Shown here: piece by piece, positions 55,035-64,000 of the stretch
How positions within the stretch are numbered: the first letter of the stretch is position 1
Layout: each line of letters begins with the position of its first letter
Virus record (IMG/VR): IMGVR_UViG_2773858042_000003
Coordinates: 15,919 to 79,918 of that record
Length of the DNA: 64,000 nt
Strand: one strand, 5' to 3'
Source: a virus
Taxonomy: Duplodnaviria; Caudoviricetes
Notes under the pieces: generated by a model
The model's database searches: none
What the model saw: only the letters and a program-made list of their open reading frames with translations
What the model was told of the DNA's origin: nothing
Program-made: the position numbers and the translations under genes

Positions 55035-56978
55035 CTAGGCCGCCATGGGCAGCGGCGTGGCGTCGTCCCACTCGAACACGTCCGCTAGGTTCACCAGGAT
55101 GCCGCTGGCCTTCCTGTCCAGCCCTCGGTCGCATTTGCCTGCCTTCCACAGGTGCGGCGGCATCTGCCTCAATACCCCCGTCCAGGGTCCGGGCGTGCCC
55201 ATCCGCCCCGCCCACGGCGTCCCGGCATAGAGGATGTTCAAGCCGGGGTGCTTGGCGGGGATGAAGAGACGGGCGGTCGCCCATTCCTCCAGCATCGGCT
55301 GGCCGAACTCGTCCTTGCCCCAGCTGATGGTCATGCCGAAGTTCTTCAGCGTGTAGATGACGTCCTCATACGACGCCTTCTCGCCGACGAAGCCGGGCAC
55401 GAAGTTGGCACGCCACGCCGCCAGCACCGATCCGACCGAGCGATGCCGGTTGGTGCGCAACTGCTCGGGCTGGGCCTCGATCATGTGCATGAAGGCCCGG
55501 CGCCACGTCCGTTCCTTGCCGCTGGTTTCGACCAGATCCGACGACTTCAACAGGCCCTGCCACAGCTGCAGCTCAACCTCGTCCGGCATCGTGTCCTCCA
55601 GCGAGGCGTGACACGCCGCCGCCAGCGCGCCGAAGGTGTCGGCGCTGCGGTCGTTGTGACCCACGGCGATCAGCGCAGCCTTGAACCGCGCAAGCAGCGC
55701 ATTCCAGTCCTCGCCCGTCGGCCGGTCGAACCAGGCCACCATCCGCTTCAGCAGCTGGCGGCCGATCGCCTGGATCTTGGTCGCGTCGCGCAGCCCCAGG
55801 TCTTCCAGCACGGTGTCCCGCGCGACGCGCTCGCGCAGCATCAGGATCGCCATGCGGCTGGCGTCCTGGGCGTCGATGGCGGGCACGGCGATGCTGCTGA
55901 ACAGGAACGACGACATGACACTGAACTCCTGCCCCACGCCGTCCTTGCCGCCCCGCTGCATCTTGTCGCCGCTATAGGCGACCCGCGCCAGCTCCAGGAT
56001 CTTGTCCGTGGTGCGCGTGTCTTCCTTGGCCTCCATTTCGTCGACCATCACGGCGACGCTGTCCTGTTTGACCTTCTGATAAATGCCGGCCTGCGTCGTG
56101 TTCGACGTGGCCAGCAGCGCGCCGTTCATCAGCAGGCGGAACAGCTTCTGAAGCGTCGATTTGCCCGAGCCCTCGCCGCCGTTGACATATATCACCGGCC
56201 GCTGTTCCAGCGCCCCGCCCACCATCGCCGTCATCAGCCAGCCCAGCGCCAGGCGAGGATCAAGCTCGGGCCGTTCCCAGTTCCAGGACCGCAGGCCCGT
56301 CAGCAGCACGTCGCCCGTCGACCCGGCGCCGCTGGCTTCCAATCGGGGTGCGGGTCGCCCGATCTTGGGCCGTCCGGGATAGATATATCGCCCATGCGAC
56401 CCCGGCGGCTTCCACCGCCCGTCGATCCAGATGGCGTCCCCGGCATGATAGATCAGACGCCCATCGTCATCGCGCCAGGCGCCGCGCCCGCGCACCCGGT
56501 CTTCCAGCTCGAATGTCCCGCAATAGGTGCAGGCGGCGAACAGGTCGTCGCGCGCATCCTCGGCCGCATAGCCGGTCACGACCCCGCCCTTGCCGAACCG
56601 GGGCCACGCCCACGTCAGATACAGCGGCCGTCCGCCGAACAGGCTGGTGATATGCCCCTTGCCGGCGTTCTCCGACAGCACGGCGACCTCGCCCAGGGTG
56701 TCGAGGAAGAAATAGGTGGTCCCCGACAGCGTGGCCAACTTGCCCAACGGCGTCACGGGACACCCCAGCGGCAGGCGATGCCATTGGGCATGATGATCGC
56801 GCCACCGCCCGGGTTCGACGGCTTCCGGCTCGTCCTTCTTCAGTTCGAACGTCAACGGCGCCCCGCGCGGCGGATCGTTCCGCGCCGCGCTCAGCACCTG
56901 GCGCGACAGCGCGACCTGATCTTCCTCTTCGAACGACGGAATGATCCCGGCGATGGTGGCGAAAGGGTCGTTACTCAA
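55035..56978 (-). CDS. replicative helicase / P-loop NTPase partner of the primase
   Basis: Walker A GGEGSGKST, Walker B VMVDE; TTG start overlapping the previous stop. Confidence 0.8.
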   Translation of the reverse strand: MSNDPFATIAGIIPSFEEEDQVALSRQVLSAARNDPPRGAPLTFELKKDEPEAVEPGRWRDHHAQWHRLPLGCPVTPLGKLATLSGTTYFFLDTLGEVAVLSENAGKGHITSLFGGRPLYLTWAWPRFGKGGVVTGYAAEDARDDLFAACTYCGTFELEDRVRGRGAWRDDDGRLIYHAGDAIWIDGRWKPPGSHGRYIYPGRPKIGRPAPRLEASGAGSTGDVLLTGLRSWNWERPELDPRLALGWLMTAMVGGALEQRPVIYVNGGEGSGKSTLQKLFRLLMNGALLATSNTTQAGIYQKVKQDSVAVMVDEMEAKEDTRTTDKILELARVAYSGDKMQRGGKDGVGQEFSVMSSFLFSSIAVPAIDAQDASRMAILMLRERVARDTVLEDLGLRDATKIQAIGRQLLKRMVAWFDRPTGEDWNALLARFKAALIAVGHNDRSADTFGALAAACHASLEDTMPDEVELQLWQGLLKSSDLVETSGKERTWRRAFMHMIEAQPEQLRTNRHRSVGSVLAAWRANFVPGFVGEKASYEDVIYTLKNFGMTISWGKDEFGQPMLEEWATARLFIPAKHPGLNILYAGTPWAGRMGTPGPWTGVLRQMPPHLWKAGKCDRGLDRKASGILVNLADVFEWDDATPLPMAA

Positions 56979-57229
56979 AATCCTGCCCTTGCATTCAAAT
57001 GGGTCAGCAGACGCTTGGCGTTCTGCCTGGCCTTGTTGATCGCCGCGTCGCGGTCTTTTGGCGTGCAACTGATGGTCAGCCGGTGCGCGCCGCCATCACG
57101 GGCGAAGACCTTCACGACCAGGTGCGGCCCTTCGTTCACCAGGGCGGTGCCCAGGCCCCACGGCGTCAGCACGTCGCGGATCGCTCCGATCTGAGCGCGC
57201 ATGACGCGGGTGAGGCGGAGCTTGCTCAC
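56975..57229 (-). CDS. small HicA-like (dsRBD-type) protein
   Basis: GPHLVVKV..LTISCTPKD pattern; 84 aa. Confidence 0.4.
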   Translation of the reverse strand: MSKLRLTRVMRAQIGAIRDVLTPWGLGTALVNEGPHLVVKVFARDGGAHRLTISCTPKDRDAAINKARQNAKRLLTHLNARAGF

Positions 57230-58335
57230 GCCGCTTCCCCCCGCGCCATATCGTTAAAATCCTTCCCGGCCGCCGCGCGCACGACATGTACCGGCCGCCC
57301 GCGCGCCTGATCGCGCCACCAGGCCTCCACCGTTTCGAACGCGGCCATCGCCTGGGGCTTGTCCCAGTCGTTGTCCGCCGCCAGCACCACGGCCGAGGTG
57401 CACGCCGGCCAGTCCAGAAGGCCCATCAGGCTCAGCGATCCCGCCGCCCACACGCGGCAATCCGGCCGCGCGACGGCCAGGGTTAGGGCATCCTCAATCC
57501 CCTCGGTGATGATCAGCGGATCAGTCCGCCCCTTGTCGGCCGCCTTGGTCGGGCTCAGCCCGCTGGGTCCGGGGCTGACGCGGATCGCGGCGCCCGAGGG
57601 CGCGCCGATCATCGTCTTGGCCTTCTTGCGGTCGGCCTTGCCGGACCCGTCGGGCTTCAGGAAGGTCCGGTGCAGCGCCGTGACCGTCTTGCCGGCCGTC
57701 ATTGCGCTGACCATGCAGTGCCGCCATTCGAAGACCTCGCCCGTGTCCGGGTCGATCCATTCCACGCGCTCGGCCCAGCGCAGGGCGCCCGGCTGGTGCG
57801 CCAGCCGGCCCGTCGGAATGCCGCGCACCTCGCGCAGATACCGTTCAGCCGGCGTCCCGGCGATCGAGGGCAGGCCCAGCCACAGGGCGAACAGGGCCCG
57901 CGACCGCGCCGCCTCGTTCTTCTTGATCCGCGCTTCCTCGGCCCGCGCCTCGCGCTCGCGCCGTTCGCGCGCCGCCACGTCCTCGGCCTGGGTGCGAACG
58001 GTCCCGCGTTCCAGCCCCAGGAAGGCCAGCGCCCACCAATAGGCGTCGATCTTCCGCGCCGGGCTGGGCCGCGCCAGATACATGATCAGGTCGAACACAT
58101 CGCCCTTGTCGCCACAGGCGAAGTCTTTCCATATCCCGGCTTCGCCGCCGCGCGTCCAGATCACGAAACTGCCCGGTTTCCTGTCGTCGCGGTTGGGGTT
58201 CAGCGGATGCACCAGACCGTTGCGATCCGCCTGCGCCCGCACGCCCAGCTCGGCCAGCAGCCGTCCGAAGTCCCGCTGAAGCCGCTCTTTGACGTTGTCC
58301 CAAGCGTAGGGCAGCGGGCGAGGAGCGAGGGTCAT
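57226..58335 (-). CDS. Toprim DNA primase
   Basis: W.DFA.G.KGDVFD, YLREVRGI, TEGIEDAL, AADND. Confidence 0.88.
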   Translation of the reverse strand: MTLAPRPLPYAWDNVKERLQRDFGRLLAELGVRAQADRNGLVHPLNPNRDDRKPGSFVIWTRGGEAGIWKDFACGDKGDVFDLIMYLARPSPARKIDAYWWALAFLGLERGTVRTQAEDVAARERREREARAEEARIKKNEAARSRALFALWLGLPSIAGTPAERYLREVRGIPTGRLAHQPGALRWAERVEWIDPDTGEVFEWRHCMVSAMTAGKTVTALHRTFLKPDGSGKADRKKAKTMIGAPSGAAIRVSPGPSGLSPTKAADKGRTDPLIITEGIEDALTLAVARPDCRVWAAGSLSLMGLLDWPACTSAVVLAADNDWDKPQAMAAFETVEAWWRDQARGRPVHVVRAAAGKDFNDMARGEAA

Positions 58336-58508
58336 CGGCCGGATTGCTCGGTCAGGGCGTCTTCCAGCGCGCAGATCAGATCCGTCGCGGCGAACATCAT
58401 CTGTTCGCCGCGCTGAACCGTCAGGATCGCATCCTTGCCGTCGTCGCGGCTCCAAACGCCGCAGGCGCGGTTCCAGGCCTGCCGTGCCGCCTCGATCGTG
58501 TCTTTCAC
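58332..58508 (-). CDS. small hypothetical protein (58 aa, not in ORF track)
   Basis: Fills the gap with GTGA/ATGA overlaps. Confidence 0.45.
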   Translation of the reverse strand: MKDTIEAARQAWNRACGVWSRDDGKDAILTVQRGEQMMFAATDLICALEDALTEQSGR

Positions 58509-59248
58509 CACTGGCTCAGCTCCTCGTCCAGCCGGCGGCGCAGTTCGCCCGCCAGCGTTTCCAACTGATCGTCCAGCGCCCCGTCTTCGTCGCGCGCGTC
58601 CTCGACGCTGGCGACGTGGTGGCGCACCGTGTCCTTGTTCAGGCCCGACGCCGCCGCCATCGCCGTGGCGTTCACGTCGCCCTCGGTCATGGTCAGATAG
58701 ACGGCCAGCTTGCGGGCCTGACCGACCGCGCGCGGCGGCTTGTCCCGCGCGCCGGTGATCCGGCCCACGACCGCCGCATCCGCGCCGGTGTGTTCGGCGG
58801 CGACGCCGCAGGCGACGGGCCAGATCCAGGCCGCCGTCAACTGCGCGTCCTCATTGTCCGCGACGGCGCGCGCCACGCCCGTCACCACGTCCTCGGGCCA
58901 CGTCTCGCGCGCGACCAGGGCGGCGCGGCGCGACGGCTCATGCTGGCGACGATCCCGCGACGCCTTGCACCCCAACGCCGTGCGCAGGGCCTCGGCGTCC
59001 GCCTCGGGATACAGCGTCGTCAGCGCCGACAGGGCCAGCCACCGGAACCGCCCGCCGCACCCGATCAGGCTGCGCGGCCGACCCGACCGCGCCAGAACCA
59101 GCACGCCCTTGAGATCGCGCGTCTCCATTGCCGCCGCCGCCAGGGCGGTCAGGATCGCGGCGCGACGCGGCGACCCGACGCGCGGCGTCAGGGTCGGGCC
59201 TGGGGCCGGGGCGGGGAAGGCGGAATAGGCAAGGGCGAAAGCCGTCAT
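58505..59248 (-). CDS. HTH regulator with DnaA-C-like C-terminus
   Basis: ARKLAVYL....A.MA..SGLNKDTVRHHV..VED.RD. Confidence 0.6.
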   Translation of the reverse strand: MTAFALAYSAFPAPAPGPTLTPRVGSPRRAAILTALAAAAMETRDLKGVLVLARSGRPRSLIGCGGRFRWLALSALTTLYPEADAEALRTALGCKASRDRRQHEPSRRAALVARETWPEDVVTGVARAVADNEDAQLTAAWIWPVACGVAAEHTGADAAVVGRITGARDKPPRAVGQARKLAVYLTMTEGDVNATAMAAASGLNKDTVRHHVASVEDARDEDGALDDQLETLAGELRRRLDEELSQW

Positions 59249-59445
59249 CCCTGCCTCCCGCAGCACGGCATCCAGGCGGCCACCACGCCGTCATCCTCGC
59301 TGACCACCTCGTCCTCGGCGTCCGGCTCGCGGTCCTCGGTGTGCGCGTCCAGCTGGTCCAGCACGCCGATCAGCCGTTCAATCTCGTCTTCAATGACGAT
59401 GCGTGCGCCGGCCAGCAGCACGTCTTGCAGGGCCACGACGCTCAT
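59245..59445 (-). CDS. small acidic hypothetical protein
   Basis: IERLI..LD.LD..EDREPD. Confidence 0.5.
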   Translation of the reverse strand: MSVVALQDVLLAGARIVIEDEIERLIGVLDQLDAHTEDREPDAEDEVVSEDDGVVAAWMPCCGRQG

Positions 59446-59798
59446 TTCAGGTCCGCCCGCGTCGTCCACGCCGGCGGATCGCGCCGGTCGCAGGCCAAGC
59501 CGTCCAGAATGTCGCCCGCCGCATCGGCCAGGGCGACCAGGCGCGGCGCCAGCTCGGCCCGCACCTTAAGATCCGTCTCCTTGTTCCAGCTGCGCGCTGT
59601 CAGCAGGAAGGCCCGGAAGCACGCGCTGGGCAGCGGCCGCAGGTCCGGCAACCGCCAGCCCTCCGATCCCGCCAGCGATTTCGCCAGCGCCTTGGCCACC
59701 CCGCTCTGGTCCGGCTTCTGCGCCGCCTCGAACGCGGCCTGGCACACCTGACGCCACAGCACGCGCTCGGTGGACAGCATGTCGGGGTTGTGGCTCAC
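59442..59798 (-). CDS. hypothetical protein
   Basis: 118 aa, coupled. Confidence 0.5.
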   Translation of the reverse strand: MSHNPDMLSTERVLWRQVCQAAFEAAQKPDQSGVAKALAKSLAGSEGWRLPDLRPLPSACFRAFLLTARSWNKETDLKVRAELAPRLVALADAAGDILDGLACDRRDPPAWTTRADLK

Positions 59799-59998
59799 AG
59801 CGCGGCCTCCGCGATCCGCAGGGCCGTCTCGACGGCATGGCCGTCGGGTTCGCCTCGGCACAACAGGTCGTATTCCTCGCGCAGCGCCTCGATTACCTCG
59901 GCCTGCTGGCGCGCGGTCAGCTTCAGGGGATGGCGGCGCGTCGTTTCCTGACGCAGGCGCCGGGTGCGGGACAGGCCGCGAAGGTGACGGTTCGCCAT
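59795..59998 (-). CDS. small hypothetical protein
   Basis: 67 aa, coupled. Confidence 0.45.
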   Translation of the reverse strand: MANRHLRGLSRTRRLRQETTRRHPLKLTARQQAEVIEALREEYDLLCRGEPDGHAVETALRIAEAAL

Positions 59999-60396
59999 CA
60001 CGCGGCCTCCCCAAACTGTCGATTGGCGACGCCTGCGAAGGGCAGCACGTATGGGTTGGTCATGACCAGTTTGATGCCGCGACGCCGTGCGACACGGTCG
60101 GCCGCGTTCTCCGCAATGGTTCCGCCGCGCAGATGCGCCGGGTTGCAGCAGCGCCGCCGATGGCACAAATGCCGGACCAGCCGTCCGGCGGCTTTCCGCT
60201 CCCAGCGCCCCGTAGCCAGATAGTAGGCGACCTGATGCGCGCCCGCGCCGCGCCAGCGGCCGTCTTCCTTGACCCGCGTCTGGCCACAGCCGTTCGTCAT
60301 CAGACCGCCGACCCACAACCAACAGCCGTTCGGTCCCGCGCTGCGATCCACACGGCCAGCCCACGACGGCGCAATCTCGATCAGCAGCGCGCTCAT
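59998..60396 (-). CDS. HNH endonuclease (His-Cys box / HNH_3-like)
   Basis: CWLW.G..NG.G..AHQVAY..VRHLC..RCCNPAHL. Confidence 0.82.
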   Translation of the reverse strand: MSALLIEIAPSWAGRVDRSAGPNGCWLWVGGLMTNGCGQTRVKEDGRWRGAGAHQVAYYLATGRWERKAAGRLVRHLCHRRRCCNPAHLRGGTIAENAADRVARRRGIKLVMTNPYVLPFAGVANRQFGEAA

Positions 60397-60665
60397 GCCG
60401 CCTCTCCACGCAGGATTTCAGCGACCGGCGGATGCCAGTCGTCGGCCCGCACCGCGCCGCCGGTCACGCGAATGATCCGTTCGACAAGGTCGCCCCCCGG
60501 CTTGGCGCGCAGCGGGTCGCTGAAGGGCAGGCAGCACCTGCGAATGAACTCACGCGAACGGCCGGTCTTCTCGGCTGCCCAAGCGTAATCCTTCCGGTGC
60601 AGTCGTAGCCACGCGTCGAACGCAGGACGGGGATGGGGGCAGGGGTCGTCGGTCACAGGTCTCAT
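60393..60665 (-). CDS. Cro-like protein
   Basis: Divergent from repressor; I.RVTGGAV...DW motif. Confidence 0.65.
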   Translation of the reverse strand: MRPVTDDPCPHPRPAFDAWLRLHRKDYAWAAEKTGRSREFIRRCCLPFSDPLRAKPGGDLVERIIRVTGGAVRADDWHPPVAEILRGEAA

Positions 60666-60700
60666 TTCCTGATTTTCACCGACGCGGATCAGGTGGGTGA

Positions 60701-60724
60701 TTTGGTTGGCCCCGTCAACCTAAA
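60701..60724. promoter_or_regulatory. OR operator of prophage 2
   Basis: TTT-GGTTG-N7-CAACC-TAAA, 22/24 identical to the reverse complement of 61946..61969. Confidence 0.7.
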
Positions 60725-60779
60725 AAGTATGAGTTATGGTGGTATATCCACATTGGTCGTGCTAACGGCTTAGGTAGAT

Positions 60780-61505
60780 ATGTTGTCGCTGGCCGCATCA
60801 CCTAAAGCACGCTCTTACCGGCCTATGGCTGCGTTGAGAGATATCGAGGCTTCCGATCGTCGTCGGAAAGGGCTGGCGCTGAAGGCGCTGCGCCGCCGCC
60901 TGGGCGTGACGCAAGAGGCGGCGGCTCAGGAATACGGGAAGACCACCCAGGCCTGGCAGCTGTACGAACAGGGCAAGCGTCACTTCTCAGATCCGAAGCT
61001 GGACAAGCTGTTGGCCTCGATCAACGCGACCCGCGAAGAATTCGAATTTGAACTGTCGAAGATACCTGAAATCGAGGCGGATCTACCGTCGGCCCGCTCT
61101 GGTGTGATGGGCATCGGTGAACCCACCGCCGCTTTCAGCCTGCCGGTGGGCGGCGTAGCGCACGGCGGCGCGCTGCGGCCTAACGTCTATGACGACCAGC
61201 AGGGCGAAGTGATTGACTTCGCGCGCTTCTTCTCGGCTGGCACGCGCGTGCTGCGCCTGGGCGGCATGTCGATGTACCCCTATGCGGAGCCGGGCGGTTT
61301 CGTGACCTACAATCCCCGCCATCCTGCACGCCGTGGGCAGGGCGCGGTGATCGAAATGCTGGATGGCGGGTTCGCCGTGAAGCGCTTTGAGCGATACGAG
61401 GGCGACATGCTGATCGTGACCGAGCTGTTCCCCGAGGAACAAGAGCTAAAAATCCCGCTGGACACTGTCGCGGGTGTTTACGCTATCGGGTTACGCGGCG
61501 AGTAA
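60780..61505 (+). CDS. cI: CI repressor, XRE HTH plus S24 peptidase
   Basis: LKALRRRLGVTQ..W..YE.G; GMSMYP (Ser), VKRF (Lys). Confidence 0.9.
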   Translation: MLSLAASPKARSYRPMAALRDIEASDRRRKGLALKALRRRLGVTQEAAAQEYGKTTQAWQLYEQGKRHFSDPKLDKLLASINATREEFEFELSKIPEIEADLPSARSGVMGIGEPTAAFSLPVGGVAHGGALRPNVYDDQQGEVIDFARFFSAGTRVLRLGGMSMYPYAEPGGFVTYNPRHPARRGQGAVIEMLDGGFAVKRFERYEGDMLIVTELFPEEQELKIPLDTVAGVYAIGLRGE

Positions 61506-61895
61506 TCAGGGCTGGCAGACGGCGAGGTTCACGCTCGTCAGCGCGTGCGACAGGCGCCGGCTTTCCACAGCCTCTTGGCCGGCTTGTTCGTCCACCATCC
61601 GCGCCAGTTCAAGGAATGCAGCTCTCCATTCTTGGCCTTCGGTCGTGGTCGGCTGCTCTAGTCGCGCACGATCAGTGATTTTTTGGAAGCCGTCGCGGAT
61701 CTTCTGACGCTGAGCGCGCATAAGTTCTTCTGCGCCCAGCCGTTCAATCGTCTCTCCGCAAGCTTCTCTTTGAGCCTCTGTTAGGTTGCTGCGCATCGGA
61801 AAGTTGGCTGCTCGCACAGCAGCATGCGTCTCAGCTGCCCACTGTGGATCCTGGGCGAGGGCGAGCGAAAGAGCGACGAATGAAATGATCATCAC
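61506..61895 (-). CDS. secreted helical moron protein
   Basis: Signal peptide, two Cys, lower GC, convergent with cI. Confidence 0.6.
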   Translation of the reverse strand: MMIISFVALSLALAQDPQWAAETHAAVRAANFPMRSNLTEAQREACGETIERLGAEELMRAQRQKIRDGFQKITDRARLEQPTTTEGQEWRAAFLELARMVDEQAGQEAVESRRLSHALTSVNLAVCQP

Positions 61896-61937
61896 GCCAA
61901 TCTAAATGCGCATACCTGCCGCGCCAGCGATGCACGA

Positions 61938-61969
61938 CAACCACATTTAGGTTGACAGGACCAACCAAA
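61938..61969. promoter_or_regulatory. OL operator / PL of prophage 2
   Basis: GGTTG-ACAGGAC-CAACC containing TTGACA, plus overlapping CAACC-N7-GGTTG. Confidence 0.7.
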
Positions 61970-62007
61970 CTCATACTTCTGGTTTCCGCAACCACGCGGA
62001 ACCACCC

Positions 62008-62400
62008 ATGACCACCCCTCAAATCGACACCGCCCCGCCGTCGTCGCCCTTTGCGGCCGATGATGCGGCAACGACCGCCGGCCGGGTCGCGGACCTGCTG
62101 ATCCGGCTGGAGCGCGCCGCGCCCCGCCTGCCGACGCTGACCCCCATCGCCGATCTGCATCCGCTGCACGACGGCACGGGCGAGGTCTTCGTCATGGCGA
62201 CCGTCTTTCTGTCCCTCGACGACGGCCAAGGAAGCGGGAAGTCGCGCGCGCCCTTCGCCCTGCACGAGCTGCGCCTCGCCGCCGACTGCCTGGACCACGA
62301 CCCGCCTTTCCCCGCCGCGCCGTCGCTGGCGCCCGCCCTGCGCACCGCCGCCGCCTCGGCCGCGACCGCCGCCCTTCTTTTGCAACGGAGCCTGACCTGA
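62008..62400 (+). CDS. first early-operon protein, hypothetical
   Basis: 130 aa after PL. Confidence 0.55.
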   Translation: MTTPQIDTAPPSSPFAADDAATTAGRVADLLIRLERAAPRLPTLTPIADLHPLHDGTGEVFVMATVFLSLDDGQGSGKSRAPFALHELRLAADCLDHDPPFPAAPSLAPALRTAAASAATAALLLQRSLT

Positions 62401-62696
62401 TGACCGAAGCACAACGCGCTGCATCGAAAAGAGCCACGGAGCGTGCGCGCGCGGCGCTCAAGCCCGGCGACAAGATCCGGGTGACCGGATGCGGCGGAAC
62501 GGTCGCCACCTGCCGGTTCGTCGGCTTCGACACGAAGTCTGACGGTTCCCCGTCGGACTGGATCTGCTCGCGGACCCGCGACGACATCCACGCCAGCCAT
62601 ATCTTTCGCGTGAACGGCGTTCCGACCAGCTTCCGCGATGATCCCGCCGCCCATTTGGCTGACATTTTCAACAGCGACGCCGGGAGAAACCTCTGA
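62400..62696 (+). CDS. hypothetical protein (SH3-like)
   Basis: LKPGDKIRV motif. Confidence 0.55.
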   Translation: MTEAQRAASKRATERARAALKPGDKIRVTGCGGTVATCRFVGFDTKSDGSPSDWICSRTRDDIHASHIFRVNGVPTSFRDDPAAHLADIFNSDAGRNL

Positions 62697-63145
62697 TGGT
62701 CGCCTACAACTTCAAAGCCGCATTCGCCCCGCCGGTCACGTCCGGCGAAAAGGTCCTGACCATGCGTCGTCCGCGCAACGGCCGCGCCCGTCACGCCCGT
62801 ATCGGCGACGTGCTGCAGCTGACCACGGGCGCGCGCACCAAGAAGCGTCAGGTTCTGGCCACGCCGACCTGCGCCCTGCGCGCCACTGTCGTCCTCGGCC
62901 CCGACACGGTCGTTCGCGTGCTGGAGGCCGCGACCGACGGCTCGGTTCGCGCCCAGGGCGTCGCCATGCTGCTGGCCCAGGCGGAGCAGGGCAGTCCCGA
63001 GGCCGCCCGCTGGTCCGACGCCCTGGCCAAGCTGGATGGCTTCGCCGACTACGCCGCCATGTATGCCTGGCACGCGTCGGACGATCAGGTCGCCGACGGC
63101 GGCCGCGTCACGCGCGAGCTGATCGGCTGGGGGCCGCTGCCGTGA
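62696..63145 (+). CDS. ASCH/PUA-like protein
   Basis: F...F...V.SG.K..TMR....R..R.GD.LQL.TG.RT. Confidence 0.7.
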   Translation: MVAYNFKAAFAPPVTSGEKVLTMRRPRNGRARHARIGDVLQLTTGARTKKRQVLATPTCALRATVVLGPDTVVRVLEAATDGSVRAQGVAMLLAQAEQGSPEAARWSDALAKLDGFADYAAMYAWHASDDQVADGGRVTRELIGWGPLP

Positions 63146-63642
63146 ACGCGCCCTTGGTCTTCACCAACGCCGCCGTGCCGCTGACCGAGCCGGACGGCAC
63201 GCGCCGCAGCAAGCGGCAGATCTCCAAGGAGCTGACGGCCCTTCGCGTGATCGAGGCCGCGCGCTTCGCCTTCACCAACACAGGCTATTACGCCTCCGGC
63301 ATCCGCGACATCGCGCGCAGGGCAGGGACGTCGACGGGGGCGGTCTTCGCCACCGCGCCCGACAAGGAAAGCCTGTGGGTGCTGGCCATGGGCGGCCCGC
63401 CGCCGTCGCTGGACCTGGCCGAAGAGGTCGCCCTGATCGAAGCCCAGCGCCCCGACTGGGTCTATATCTTCAGGAAGGCGCCCGGCGGCGTCTATCTGGC
63501 GACCCTGTCGCCCGAGAACCTGAACCCGCTGCACAACAGCGGCCCCGTCGCGACGGGCAAGGGCGACAGCCCGGCCGCCGCCCTGCGCGCCGCCCGACTT
63601 CAGGCGGACCGCAAATCACCGATCCAGGGGACCATCCAATGA
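63142..63642 (+). CDS. TetR-type HTH fused to a small phage domain
   Basis: VIEAA..F...GY..GIRDIA.RAG.S.GAVF..DKE.L; C-term ATGKGDSPAAAL. Confidence 0.75.
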   Translation: MNAPLVFTNAAVPLTEPDGTRRSKRQISKELTALRVIEAARFAFTNTGYYASGIRDIARRAGTSTGAVFATAPDKESLWVLAMGGPPPSLDLAEEVALIEAQRPDWVYIFRKAPGGVYLATLSPENLNPLHNSGPVATGKGDSPAAALRAARLQADRKSPIQGTIQ

Positions 63643-63812
63643 CCGGCCGCGACCTGAACGCCTGGCTGGCCACCGGCGACGGCAAGGAGCCGGTCGCCCG
63701 GCCCACGCCGCCCGCCGTGGCTCCGACGGCCCATCTGTCGGACCAGACCTTCGCGGACGCCTTCCTCTGCTATGTCCGCGCCCGCAACCGGGGGAACCGC
63801 CCATGCGCATGA
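63639..63812 (+). CDS. small hypothetical protein
   Basis: 57 aa, ATGA overlap. Confidence 0.4.
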   Translation: MTGRDLNAWLATGDGKEPVARPTPPAVAPTAHLSDQTFADAFLCYVRARNRGNRPCA

Positions 63813-64000
63813 CCGTCTTGTCCGTCACCGTCGCCGTCCAGCACGGCGAGACGGTGAAGTCGGTCGAGATCGCCGGCGCCTTCGACCCCGTCATGAACGC
63901 CGACCACGCCCGATCCGTCGGCGCGGCCATCGGCGTCATGGTGTCCGACAACCTGGAACGCCGCATCCGCTTCGGCGAAGACCTGGCGAGGGCGGCATGA
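63803..64000 (+). CDS. small hypothetical protein
   Basis: 65 aa ending at the window edge. Confidence 0.5.
   Translation: MRMTVLSVTVAVQHGETVKSVEIAGAFDPVMNADHARSVGAAIGVMVSDNLERRIRFGEDLARAA

Larger units (their letters stand above)
27774..64000. mobile_element. Prophage 2, temperate podovirus with T7/BPP-1-like virion module (right end beyond window)
   Basis: Lysis, tail fibre, ejection proteins, tail tubular A/B, capsid, scaffold, portal, terminase, primase/helicase, cro/cI and early operon. Confidence 0.92.

Overview
High-GC alphaproteobacterial-type DNA (Caulobacteraceae-like host, inferred) made up almost entirely of two unrelated temperate prophages lying in tandem, in the same orientation, around a tRNA-Lys(UUU) gene. 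Prophage 1 (1-~25980, left end outside the window) is an HK97/lambda-like siphovirus: tail tube to terminase, NusG-like antiterminator, lambda-O-like initiator with iterons, cro/cI switch with ATGCG-N5-CGCAT operators, a long mosaic early operon and a tyrosine integrase. An IS1595-family element (26068-27745; 22-bp TIRs, 8-bp TSD ATTTAAAG, passenger ORFs) sits between the tRNA CCA end and its terminator. Prophage 2 (~27774 to beyond 64000) is a temperate podovirus with a T7/BPP-1-like virion module, primase plus helicase, an iteron origin and an S24 repressor. Best leads: a six-copy late-promoter motif in prophage 2 that appears to drive leaderless mRNAs; a putative injected polyvalent protein (muramidase plus ddrB-ParB-like); an R-x4-H HEPN-like moron in each prophage; a Gp49/Sf6-gp66-family protein (possible cyclic-nucleotide sponge) with a lipoprotein-like leader inside the lysis cassette; and a ClpP head protease carrying an inserted SH3-like Met/His/Lys-rich domain. 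Several genes are broken by apparent single-base losses (sequencing error or decay). No database searches were possible, so family names come from motif recognition and need HMM confirmation.
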